Below, piece after piece: positions 1 to 8,371 of a DNA stretch of 64,000 bases. The position numbers and the translations under genes are program-made. The notes beneath the pieces are model-generated. The model was given only the letters and a program-made list of their open reading frames with translations, was not told where the DNA came from and made no database searches. Position 1 is the stretch's first letter, and each line of letters starts with the position of its first letter. The DNA lies in assembly GCA_030620995.1 (NCBI GenBank), contig JAUXIK010000007.1, positions 1,506-65,505 of the forward strand. The letters are read 5' to 3'. The DNA is from Candidatus Aegiribacteria sp. GTDB taxonomy: Bacteria; Fermentibacterota; Fermentibacteria; Fermentibacterales; JCC-6.

Positions 1-46
1 GTTGATTTTTCCAGCGCTGAACATTTGTTTCTATTGTTCTTTTCAT
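1..46 (-). CDS. AAA+ ATPase (DUF4143-type) N-terminus, partial, continues beyond left edge
   Basis: Minus-strand ATG at 46..44 reads MKRTIETNVQRWKNQ. This is in register with MKRTIIKELTAWKN of the 715..2046 ATPase. Confidence 0.4.
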   Translation of the reverse strand, partial: MKRTIETNVQRWKNQ

Positions 47-336
47 AGAACAAATATAGAAAAATGAGGAAGTAAGTCAATAAGTGTTAAGTTCTGCCAG
101 AAAGTGGTATCACTTAGTGTATGATCTTGCCGAAAAATAGTAGCTCTTCAGTCCAGAGCATCTTCGATTCTCAATGTAAAGCTGAACCTTACGTAAGTGG
201 ACTGAATGCTTCCTAGATCGGCCAGTGTTAGATGTATACCATTAACGATAAGTAATGTTCGCGAACTTTTTTACATCAAAATCCGGGTTCTCTTACGAGA
301 ATAACGAATGCCATGTATAACCTTCGACAGTATGTT

Positions 337-525
337 TCAATCTTCCTCATCATAGTCGGGATACTGAGGCGGAGATTCGCCCCTGGCAACTATGACCGCT
401 GGCAGGTCTTCTATCCTGATGTCTTTAACTCCCTCGAAAGTCACTTCATTCCACCACTCGTCGCCCCAGTCAAAGAGGTAATAGAACTTCTGATTCAATC
501 TGAGGTTAATGGACTGTATAATCGC
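337..525 (-). pseudogene. 5'-truncated pRiA4b ORF-3-like (MM3350-like) gene remnant
   Basis: ORF 337..636 carries the family core FYYLFDWGDEWWNEVTFEGV (compare YHYDYGDDWFHAVKLEGY in 4648..5319). Its first ~37 codons are antisense to an unrelated repeat (526..590), so there is no native start. Confidence 0.5.
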
Positions 526-590
526 CTCTGAAACTCCTGTCTCTGAAGCTCGAATACTGGTACAGTATCTCACCTTCCGGAATTGGGAGT
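526..590 (+). repeat. Diverged copy of the 3' end plus downstream region of the 9296..10198 gene
   Basis: About 53/65 nt identical (hand count) to 10152..10216. Confidence 0.7.
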
Positions 591-679
591 TAAAAGAGCA
601 ATCTTTCCACTGGAATTCCTGCGGATTATCGAACAAAGACTACTTCCTTGCATAAAATACAATAATTGTAAAAAAGACC

Positions 680-708
680 TTGCAGAAAATACCGCATTGT
701 GATATTAT
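680..708 (+). promoter_or_regulatory. Sigma70-like promoter TTGCAG-17-TATTAT with TGn extension; predicts a leaderless mRNA
   Basis: -10 ends 6 nt before the ATG at 715. No SD sequence is present. The spacer end CATTGTGA is shared with the brnT promoter. Confidence 0.45.
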
Positions 709-714
709 ATCCAC

Positions 715-2046
715 ATGAAACGTACAATCATAAAAGAGTTAACGGCATGGAAAAACAGTAAGGTTCGCAAGCCATTGATACTGCGTGGTGCCCGTCAGGT
801 GGGAAAAACCTATATACTGCAGGAATTTGGCAAAACAGATTTTCCACGTTGTCATTATGTGAATTTTGAGAATGATGAACGATTGTGTGCTCTATTTGAA
901 AAAGATATCTCACCTGTCCGAATAATCAATGAGCTTCAATTCTACCTTGATACCTCTATCAATATAGTTCGTGATCTGGTTATCTTCGATGAGATCCAGT
1001 GCTGTCCCCGGGCGCTTACCTCACTCAAATACTTCCACGAAATAATGCCGGAACTGGCATTGTGCAGCGCCGGTTCCCTGCCTGGAGTCAGTCTTGCCGG
1101 AGACTCTTTTCCCGTGGGAAAAGTTACTTTTTTGGATCTATTTCCTATGAATTTCAATGAATTCCTTACGGGAATCGGAAAATTGCGTTTAGCAGAACTG
1201 TTGCAGACGCATTTTCTTCAAGAACCACTGCCACAAATAGTGCATGACCAACTATGGGATTTATGGAAATATTACCTCATTATCGGAGGTTTGCCTGAAG
1301 CGGTCAATATCTACCGCGAGCGCCTTGAAAACCCGTATGAAGCTATCCAGGCGGCTCGAAGCGTCCATCGGGATCTTGTCGATACGTACATGGCGGATAT
1401 CGCAAAACACTCCGGCAAAACAAATGCCCTGCATATAGAACGGCTCTGGCGCAATGTACCGGTTCAGCTTGCGCGTGCTCAAGACGGGGGTGCATCGAAG
1501 TTTCGTTTTAAAGATGCAGTACCTGGTTTTCGTGGTTATGAACGTCTGTCTTCTCCATTAGGCTGGTTGGAGAGTGCTCGGCTTATCCTGCGGACTTCTA
1601 TTGTGAATCGAGCTGAAACTCCGTTGGCCGGATTCACAAGAGACAACCGGTTCAAGCAATACTTTTTTGATGTGGGTCTCCTGGCTGTTATCACCAATAT
1701 TGATCCAGCTCATATTTTAAAGTACGATTACGGAAGTTACAAAGGCTATATCGCGGAAAACTATGTTGCGCAGGAACTACGCGCAGCAGGAGTTCGAAAT
1801 TTGTTTTGCTGGAAAGGACGGACATCTGAGGTGGAGTTTCTACTGGAAACTTCATCGGGCATTATTCCTTTAGAAGTCAAATCAGGGTGGGTGACCCAAT
1901 CTAAAAGTATGAATGTATTTGTGGAACGATACCAACCCCGGCAGAATATCATACTGAGCGCTAAAAATGTGAATTCATGCGGTTCACGGTTGTATGTTCC
2001 GATCTATGCCGCCGGTCGGTTGGCGAATTTGTTATTAAGTCAGTAA
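715..2046 (+). CDS. AAA+ ATPase, AAA_14 plus DUF4143 architecture
   Basis: 443-aa ORF with Walker A GARQVGKT and Walker B LVIFDEIQ. The C-terminal part is typical of DUF4143 proteins. Confidence 0.8.
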   Translation: MKRTIIKELTAWKNSKVRKPLILRGARQVGKTYILQEFGKTDFPRCHYVNFENDERLCALFEKDISPVRIINELQFYLDTSINIVRDLVIFDEIQCCPRALTSLKYFHEIMPELALCSAGSLPGVSLAGDSFPVGKVTFLDLFPMNFNEFLTGIGKLRLAELLQTHFLQEPLPQIVHDQLWDLWKYYLIIGGLPEAVNIYRERLENPYEAIQAARSVHRDLVDTYMADIAKHSGKTNALHIERLWRNVPVQLARAQDGGASKFRFKDAVPGFRGYERLSSPLGWLESARLILRTSIVNRAETPLAGFTRDNRFKQYFFDVGLLAVITNIDPAHILKYDYGSYKGYIAENYVAQELRAAGVRNLFCWKGRTSEVEFLLETSSGIIPLEVKSGWVTQSKSMNVFVERYQPRQNIILSAKNVNSCGSRLYVPIYAAGRLANLLLSQ

Positions 2047-2296
2047 CCATGATTTTCGGAAGACATTTCTGATTGAGTTATATAATAATCCGGATCTTTG
2101 CTCATTCTGTGAACAATAGAGTTCAACGAAAGTATTGGACATGCTGGAAATAACGTTTTGTAAAGATGGCTTTGGAGTGTGTGAAGTAAATATTGAGGCG
2201 TCACATGACGAACTTGAGCTGCTTGAGCAGTCCCTCTGCGCTTTGTCTGAAGGAGGTCGCGAGGAATACGTGTTTCCGGGCCGTACCGAGTTCAAT

Positions 2297-2352
2297 CCGC
2301 ACGGATAGAATCTATAACCGCTCTGACCGGGCTTTCAGAGGAATGTGGATAT
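2297..2352 (+). repeat. Diverged copy of the region just downstream of the 9296..10198 gene
   Basis: CCGCACGGATAGAATCTATAACC...GGGCTTTCAGAGGAATGTGGATAT matches 10221..10276. The core 24-mer is 21/24 identical. Confidence 0.6.
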
Positions 2353-2440
2353 TCAAATTACTTAATACACTTTTCAAAACATGAGTAATCCTTAATTCGC
2401 TGAAGGACATGTTTCCCTGCTGCAAACCACCGGTCAGGGA

Positions 2441-2529
2441 CCGCACATGATACCGAACATGATTCGTAACATGATAAAACACTGCAGGTGGCTCTGCAGG
2501 ATGCCATGGGATGGCAGGACTATCATCTA
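2441..2529 (+). pseudogene. Internally deleted mini-copy of the pRiA4b-like locus (upstream ACATGAT triplet fused to an internal gene segment)
   Basis: 2441..2479 matches 4571..4610 (about 34/39). 2483..2529 matches 4822..4868 (about 43/47). The ~211 nt carrying RBS, start and first ~58 codons are missing. Confidence 0.7.
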
Positions 2530-2577
2530 TCGCTCTTGTGTGTATTCCTATTATGAGTTATTTTCTTATTCAAGAAA

Positions 2578-3690
2578 ATGAAAGGATTTGGGAAAATGCC
2601 AACTGAAATTGAAATGATGGATCAACTGCAAAATGGTAAACTTCAGGTATCACCACTTTCTTTGCGCTTGATTCAAGATCAACCTGTTATAAATGAAACC
2701 GGGAATTTCGATGCACTAGTAGAGATATCCTGGGTGGGTAAAACAGCAAGATTCATTGTTGAACTGAAATCAATATCAACACCAAAAGTATTTCAGAACG
2801 CTATTAATTTCCTGAAATCTTCCCTGCTTCCTCAGGGCTACCTACCCTTGCTTATAGTGCCGTTTTTCAGCGAACAGCAACTGAAGGAACTGGAATGTCA
2901 GGGTATTAGCGGAATAGACCTGTGCGGGAACTGTGTATTGATCGCACCGAACAAGTTCGCAGTATTACGCAGCGGGGCAAAAAACCGTTTCCCTTCCTCG
3001 GCTTCAATTAAGAACATCTATAGAAAAAACAGTTCCATGGTTGGAAGAGTATTTCTGACCGTTTCCAGTTACAGTAGTGTTCAGGGGGTTTGCGCAGAGA
3101 TCAACCGGAGAAATATGCTTGTGAGATACGGCGTTAAGAAACCCATGAGCCTTTCAACGATTTCGAAATCATTGAAAACGCTCGAGAATGATTTGATTAT
3201 AGGGCGCAAGGGTGATATTCACTTGCTTCAAGCTGACAAACTTCTATCAAAGCTGACGGAGAATTATTTCCCTCCGGAAACCAGGACAATTATACGACTT
3301 AAAGTGCCACAGACGAGGAACACAATTATGGAGTTATTAATGAACCAATCGCAGAAGTTAGATCTTCCTGTTACAGCTACTGGGATTTCATCCACTTCTC
3401 AGTATTCAGTAATGCAGCGGGGTGATTTGCTATCTATCTACTGCACAAATGTGAGTTCTATGTTGAAAAGCATACCCGGAAACCAGACGGATCGTTTCCC
3501 GAACCTTGAACTGGTCGAAACTAAAGATGAAAGGGTATTTTTTGATACCCGTGATGATCAAGGTTTTCAATGGGCTTCGCCAATACAGGTTTACCTTGAG
3601 TTAATGGACGGAGATAAGCGAGATCAGGAAACAGCGGAACAAGTCAGATCACTCATTCTGATGAATTGTCAACAGGAGGTGCAACTATAG
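2578..3690 (+). CDS. Hypothetical protein with a PD-(D/E)xK-like N-terminal signature, a wHTH-like middle and an AbiEi-like C-terminal end (inference)
   Basis: 370-aa ORF. FDALVEISWVGKTARFIVELKS gives a D...ExK pattern. MSLSTISKSLKTLENDLIIGRKG is HTH-like. ASPIQVYLELMDGDKRDQETAEQV resembles ALPEKALLDLVYLEPEGDSEGYLEQL of the AbiEi at 13220..13855. Confidence 0.55.
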   Translation: MKGFGKMPTEIEMMDQLQNGKLQVSPLSLRLIQDQPVINETGNFDALVEISWVGKTARFIVELKSISTPKVFQNAINFLKSSLLPQGYLPLLIVPFFSEQQLKELECQGISGIDLCGNCVLIAPNKFAVLRSGAKNRFPSSASIKNIYRKNSSMVGRVFLTVSSYSSVQGVCAEINRRNMLVRYGVKKPMSLSTISKSLKTLENDLIIGRKGDIHLLQADKLLSKLTENYFPPETRTIIRLKVPQTRNTIMELLMNQSQKLDLPVTATGISSTSQYSVMQRGDLLSIYCTNVSSMLKSIPGNQTDRFPNLELVETKDERVFFDTRDDQGFQWASPIQVYLELMDGDKRDQETAEQVRSLILMNCQQEVQL

Positions 3691-4556
3691 TGTTTCAAAC
3701 CCTTAAAACAGCTTTACTCGATATACTGAACGAAGTGCAAGGCACCGATGTTAATCTCATTATTGGCGGAGGTTACGGCTTATATCTAAGAACCATGTAC
3801 AGACGTCAATCCGGCGAACGAACACTCTTTGTAGAATGGCCGGAAGCGCGATCAACTAGTGACATTGATTTGTTTCTCAGACCGGAATTGCTTATCGACT
3901 CAGACAAATTGAAACCTCTGTCAGAGGCTCTGGATAAACTGAGATATAAACCTGTTCCCGGTGCTGAGAAGTATCAGTTCAAGAAACCTGGGCCTGGAAA
4001 TTCTGATGCAGGAGAAATAAAGATTGATATCCTCACTGGCCCTGAAAGTTCTTTTGATAGTACAAGAGTCAGGACAGATGCTCGACGAGCCAGACCTAAT
4101 CCTTCTGTCGGGATTCATGCTCATCCCACTAACGAGGCCCTGACTTTAGAGGAGGGGTTATTGCCAGTGAAAATTACAGGCGAATTAAGCTCAGGTATAT
4201 CTTTGACAGCCGAAGTATACTTGCCACACCCATTTACTTTTTTGATGATGAAACTTTTCGCTTTTAGAGATAGGCACGAAGATTTGAAAAAAGAATTTGG
4301 ACGTTATCATGCTCTGGACATGTACAGCATCCTTGCGACAATAACCGAAAAAGAGTGGGCCCTGGGCATCATATTTCGAGACAAGTACTTGACTTCTCCT
4401 TCTATGAACGAAGCGTGTCATCTTGTCTCAAACTACTTTTCCACATCTGAAAGCTTGGGCATACTCCGTTTAAAGGAAAGCGAATATTACCGATCTGATT
4501 TTGAACTTGATAAATTCATATCAGCTCTGAATGAACTCTTCCCTCGTGGGGAATAA
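3690..4556 (+). CDS. Nucleotidyltransferase-fold protein, distant AbiEii/AbiGii-like
   Basis: GTG at 3690 overlaps the upstream TAG by 1 nt, and AGGAGG lies 9 nt upstream. Motifs are IIGGGYGLYL (G-rich NTase loop), SDIDLFL (DxD) and GRYHALDMYSIL (compare GRDYYDLMWY in the canonical AbiEii at 12399..13223). Confidence 0.55.
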   Translation: MFQTLKTALLDILNEVQGTDVNLIIGGGYGLYLRTMYRRQSGERTLFVEWPEARSTSDIDLFLRPELLIDSDKLKPLSEALDKLRYKPVPGAEKYQFKKPGPGNSDAGEIKIDILTGPESSFDSTRVRTDARRARPNPSVGIHAHPTNEALTLEEGLLPVKITGELSSGISLTAEVYLPHPFTFLMMKLFAFRDRHEDLKKEFGRYHALDMYSILATITEKEWALGIIFRDKYLTSPSMNEACHLVSNYFSTSESLGILRLKESEYYRSDFELDKFISALNELFPRGE

Positions 4557-4575
4557 TGATTTGTTCAAATACCGT

Positions 4576-4606
4576 GCATGACACCGTACATGATTCGTCA
4601 CATGAT
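4576..4606 (+). promoter_or_regulatory. Three ACATGAT-type direct repeats with 12-nt period (putative operator/iteron)
   Basis: GCATGAC at 4576, ACATGAT at 4588 and ACATGAT at 4600, 42 nt upstream of the ATG at 4648. The same triplet occurs at 2445/2457/2469. Confidence 0.4.
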
Positions 4607-4647
4607 AAAAGTTACTGGCTGTATATCGAATCAGGAAGGAAGCATCC

Positions 4648-5319
4648 ATGAGCAGGTTTGACAGGAATTATACAGAAGAAGGCTATCTCATGAATTATGA
4701 GACACCAAAACTCAGCGCTTCCTTTAAAAGGCAGGTGCTGCAGTTCAGAATTGAGCTGGAAGATATTGAACCCGCGATATGGCGGAGAATACAGGTGCCA
4801 TCTGACTGCAATTTCTGGGGCCTGCATGTGGCTCTGCAGGATGCCATGGGGTGGCTGGACTATCACCTGCATCGTTTTGAGATAAAGGGGAAGCATAAAA
4901 GGAATGAAGTTCACATCGGCATTCCTGACTTTGACAGATTTGGCGGTATTCAGGAGGTGTTCCCGGGCTGGGAGATCCCAGTGATAGACTACTTCAACGA
5001 TCTGGGAGTAACCGCCAGATATCACTATGACTACGGAGACGACTGGTTTCATGCAGTGAAGCTTGAGGGTTACATCTTCAGGGAAAAAGAGCAGGAGTAC
5101 CCCTGCTGCGTCGGAGGCGCCAGGGCCTGCCCCCACGAAGACTGCGGAGGTCCTCCGGGATATGTGAACATGATAGAAATTCTCTCAGACCCGGAGAACG
5201 AGGAATATGAAGAAATGCGCTCATGGGCGGAGGACTGGCACCAGGAGCGCTTTGAAAGAGAGAATATCAAGTTCGATAACCCGTATGGAAGATGGGTGTA
5301 CGCTTTCCTGAGGAGATAA
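4648..5319 (+). CDS. pRiA4b ORF-3 family (MM3350-like) protein
   Basis: LQFRIELEDIEPAIWRRIQVP, YHYDYGDDWFHAVKLEG and CPHEDCGGPPGY are hallmark motifs of this family. Confidence 0.8.
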   Translation: MSRFDRNYTEEGYLMNYETPKLSASFKRQVLQFRIELEDIEPAIWRRIQVPSDCNFWGLHVALQDAMGWLDYHLHRFEIKGKHKRNEVHIGIPDFDRFGGIQEVFPGWEIPVIDYFNDLGVTARYHYDYGDDWFHAVKLEGYIFREKEQEYPCCVGGARACPHEDCGGPPGYVNMIEILSDPENEEYEEMRSWAEDWHQERFERENIKFDNPYGRWVYAFLRR

Positions 5320-5387
5320 GAACTCTTCGGATAAGAAGATGAAGGAGTTGAGAACAATTTCATTTGCACAAGATCTGCGTACTTTCG

Positions 5388-6941
5388 TCAGTTTCTCGTT
5401 TCGAAGCAGCTTTTATAAAGGCTTTCTATCTCTTCGGTCTCTTCTTCGGTAAGCGCGGCGAACTCCCCTGATTTTGCCCTTTTCGATAGTCTGCCTCCGT
5501 TCTGCTGCAGGAATCTATGGAGTAGATCGATCTTGCTGGAGGGCATTTCCACTATCTCGCTCATACCTTTCTGGAACCTGTCGTAGTGTTGAAGAAAAGC
5601 CACTTCACGAGGCAAAATGGTTTCTATGGTTTGCTCTACGCACCTGTAGATGAACTCTGTCTGCTTTGTGGCATCGAAATAGCGGTAGAAGTCAGCTGTA
5701 TCATTAAGAACCTTTACGTTGCCTTTTGTCGTGGACTCCCAGTCTATCATCGGAAGCAGACGGGTTGAGTAGCTCTCGAGTGTTGATCGGTACTCCTGAA
5801 TCCGCTCAAGGATAGCCACGGACACCGGGAAGGGCAGCCCGGGAGGATTGAACCCCCTGCGGGTGAGTTCATGATGCATCAGAAGCCTGTGGATCCGGCC
5901 GTTTCCATCCTCGAACGGGTGGATATACACGAACCCGAAGGACAGTACAGATGCGGCCACAACAGGATCCAGCTCCGGAGCATAGTCCAGATCGAATATT
6001 ATCATCCCGTTCATAAGGGAATCAAGGTCCTCAGGCCGGGCGCTGATGTGAACCGGCAGAGGATTTCCAGAACGACGATCATGCTGTCCTATAAAACCTC
6101 CTTCTTCTCTGAGCCCTTTTCGTACGAATCGGAAATCACTTATTACTATCTGCTGCAACCGAAGAAGCTCTTCCAGACTCAGGGACATTCTTCCGGACTC
6201 GCCGATGGCATGGCCCCACCGCTGGATACGGCTCTGCGGCGCCTGCTCCCCCTCTATCGCGAAACTGGCTCTGGAATCATCCACAAGCAGGAACGCAGCT
6301 GCTCTGGTCAGAATATCCTCGGGGACATCTCCTATTACCCCCCTGGCTCTGGCGGGGAGATCGGCTCTGTGATAACTCTCCAGCAATTCCGTCCGGAAAA
6401 CAAGGGGACAGAACTCACGTGTTCCAGGCAGGTTGTTCCGTACGCGGTGTCTGGTAGAGGTCTTTCCGGGAACACAATACTGTAAATCCGGGTCAATCAC
6501 AGGAATGTAAGCTCCTCCCTTCGATCGGGAATCGGGCAGATCAAGCTGCTCTCCCAAAAGCCATTCGTACAGGAACCAGAGTCGTCTGGCATAGCTGCCT
6601 GCAGGGGTTTCCCGGACCATCTGCAGGAGGGGTGCGGGACCGGTCTCCAGGAAAAGCCTTTTCAGTAAAGCAAGATCAAGACCCTCATACTTGAGAGCGA
6701 AAGTCAATTGTCCTCTGAGTGTGGGCTCAGGCATATGGCGGGGAGTGAGGATTTGCCAGCAGTCACGCACATACTTCCTGTGTCTGGCGCTGATCGCACT
6801 GAGCATCCGTGGAACGGGTACCCTGAGATCAAAGGCTTGAATAAGAGCTGCATAACCCACCGGAGCAGCCTTCTCGGGAAGCCGTCTGTTCATGAAAGTT
6901 CTAACAGGTCCAGGAGAACTTACCTTGAAAGTGGTCTTCAT
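5388..6941 (-). CDS. Fic/DOC family protein
   Basis: 517-aa ORF with the Fic motif HPFEDGNGRIHR. Confidence 0.8.
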   Translation of the reverse strand: MKTTFKVSSPGPVRTFMNRRLPEKAAPVGYAALIQAFDLRVPVPRMLSAISARHRKYVRDCWQILTPRHMPEPTLRGQLTFALKYEGLDLALLKRLFLETGPAPLLQMVRETPAGSYARRLWFLYEWLLGEQLDLPDSRSKGGAYIPVIDPDLQYCVPGKTSTRHRVRNNLPGTREFCPLVFRTELLESYHRADLPARARGVIGDVPEDILTRAAAFLLVDDSRASFAIEGEQAPQSRIQRWGHAIGESGRMSLSLEELLRLQQIVISDFRFVRKGLREEGGFIGQHDRRSGNPLPVHISARPEDLDSLMNGMIIFDLDYAPELDPVVAASVLSFGFVYIHPFEDGNGRIHRLLMHHELTRRGFNPPGLPFPVSVAILERIQEYRSTLESYSTRLLPMIDWESTTKGNVKVLNDTADFYRYFDATKQTEFIYRCVEQTIETILPREVAFLQHYDRFQKGMSEIVEMPSSKIDLLHRFLQQNGGRLSKRAKSGEFAALTEEETEEIESLYKSCFETRN

Positions 6942-7100
6942 GAATATTTATCACCTTTCATGAATTATAGTCACTATTCGCGTCATTCCTGATAAACAAG
7001 TATAACTTATGATTGCAATGTACACAAGATCCATAATCATGAAAAACTATAACTACATGTGATACCTGTGAATCATATCATCTGACCGTCTAGTCCTTTG

Positions 7101-7143
7101 TCGACATAGATGAGAGTGATGTCTAGACATATCTCGACATAGA
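7101..7143. promoter_or_regulatory. Operator-like cluster: TCGACATAGA direct repeat flanking the perfect palindrome ATGTCTAGACAT
   Basis: TCGACATAGA at 7101 and 7134. The 12-bp palindrome is at 7119..7130. A TA-rich stretch follows, upstream of the HTH gene at 7222. Confidence 0.4.
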
Positions 7144-7221
7144 GGTCAATAGCGTATATATATATGTAGACATTGATGGATCTTTGTGACATTATTAGTA
7201 AACCGTTTCAGGAGAAGGAAT

Positions 7222-7683
7222 ATGAAAAGGAAAGCAAAGCTCATTCGGGAGCAACTGGAGAAAACTCTGCGGAAATTCGAACCCCTGAGGGATTCACCTC
7301 CTCCTGTCAAAGGGTGGATCCGTGCCATTAGAGATGCCCTGGGTATGAACGGAAGGCAGCTCGCTGACCGGCTCGGAGAACACCGATCCCGCACAAAGCA
7401 GATTGAGCAGCAGGAGATGACAGGATCGCTCACCCTCAAAACCATTCGAAGAATTGCCGAAGCGCTGGACTGTGTTTTCGTTTACGGCCTTGTTCCCCGA
7501 ACAAGTCTTGAAGAAACTGTTCGTGATCAAGCGAAGAAAATTGCACTCAAACGTCTTACTCTAGCCTCTCATACAATGAAGCTTGAGAATCAGGCACTAG
7601 GTACAAAGGAAAGCAAGGAAATCCTGTCCGGTATGATCGAAGAAATCATGGATGAACTTCCATCATATCTATGGGATGAATGA
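7222..7683 (+). CDS. Mobile mystery protein A (XRE-type HTH)
   Basis: AGGAGAAGG lies before the ATG at 7222. An HTH segment is present (GMNGRQLADRLG). It overlaps the downstream Fic partner, as expected for the TIGR02612/TIGR02613 pair. Confidence 0.7.
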   Translation: MKRKAKLIREQLEKTLRKFEPLRDSPPPVKGWIRAIRDALGMNGRQLADRLGEHRSRTKQIEQQEMTGSLTLKTIRRIAEALDCVFVYGLVPRTSLEETVRDQAKKIALKRLTLASHTMKLENQALGTKESKEILSGMIEEIMDELPSYLWDE

Positions 7684-8270
7684 TGCATGGTTTCGATTAT
7701 CCGGATGGTGCCACTCCCATTGATCCAGACGAAGCAGAAGACCTGCTTCTCACACATATAACCACACGTGGTGAATTAGATCGCTGGGAAGAGGAGAATA
7801 TTATTGAGGCGATGGACTGGCTTGACAGAACAAAGCCGACAGATATTCTGAATGAACTATTCGTCAGGGAACTTCACCGGCGCATGTTTGCCAATGTCTG
7901 GAAATGGGCAGGACATTTTAGGCACAGCGACAAGAATATCGGCGGACCGTGGTATCAGATTTCTGCGAACCTGAAAGACCTTTGCGATGACGTGCGCTTA
8001 TGGATAGAACTGCAGGAGTATCCACCCGATGAAGTGGCTATCCGTTTTCACCACCGGCTGGTGTTGATTCATCCATTTCCCAACGGCAACGGCCGCCATG
8101 CCCGGCTGATGACCGATCTTCTTCTTGAAAACATCCTCAATTACCCAAGGTTTACATGGGGAATCGAGGATCTGTCAAGAACCGGTAATGCCAGACAAAG
8201 ATACATCGCAACTCTTCACGCAGCAGATAAATACAACTATGAACCCTTGCGGAAGTTTGTTAGAACATAG
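7680..8270 (+). CDS. Mobile mystery protein B (Fic domain)
   Basis: HPFPNGNGRHARL Fic motif. The N-terminus GATPIDPDEAEDLLLTHITTRGELDRWEEENI is typical of this family. The ATG overlaps the upstream stop. Confidence 0.8.
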   Translation: MMHGFDYPDGATPIDPDEAEDLLLTHITTRGELDRWEEENIIEAMDWLDRTKPTDILNELFVRELHRRMFANVWKWAGHFRHSDKNIGGPWYQISANLKDLCDDVRLWIELQEYPPDEVAIRFHHRLVLIHPFPNGNGRHARLMTDLLLENILNYPRFTWGIEDLSRTGNARQRYIATLHAADKYNYEPLRKFVRT

Positions 8271-8371
8271 GACAGCATAAGCGAAGGAGGATAGGAAAGA
8301 CCGGGGATTAATAGAATCCGTTATTTTGAAATGAGTCATCTTGATCCAAGTATTTTAGAGGAAGGATTCAA

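Noticed and set aside
27-62. Inverted repeat TTTCTATTGTTCT-TTTCAT-AGAACAAATATAGAAA at the left edge.
   Set aside because: It overlaps the start codon of the partial ATPase gene at 46..44. It may be an operator, but with the gene truncated by the window edge there is too little context to call it.
313-531. A 72-aa plus-strand ORF overlapping the pRiA4b-like fragment.
   Set aside because: The opposite strand carries the recognisable family core motif. This frame has no features of its own.
2141-2308. A 55-codon ORF (MLEITFCKDGFGVCEVNIEASHDELELLEQ...) downstream of the ATPase gene.
   Set aside because: It has no SD sequence, crosses the repeat boundary at 2297, and shows no recognisable motif. 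Evidence is insufficient to call a gene.
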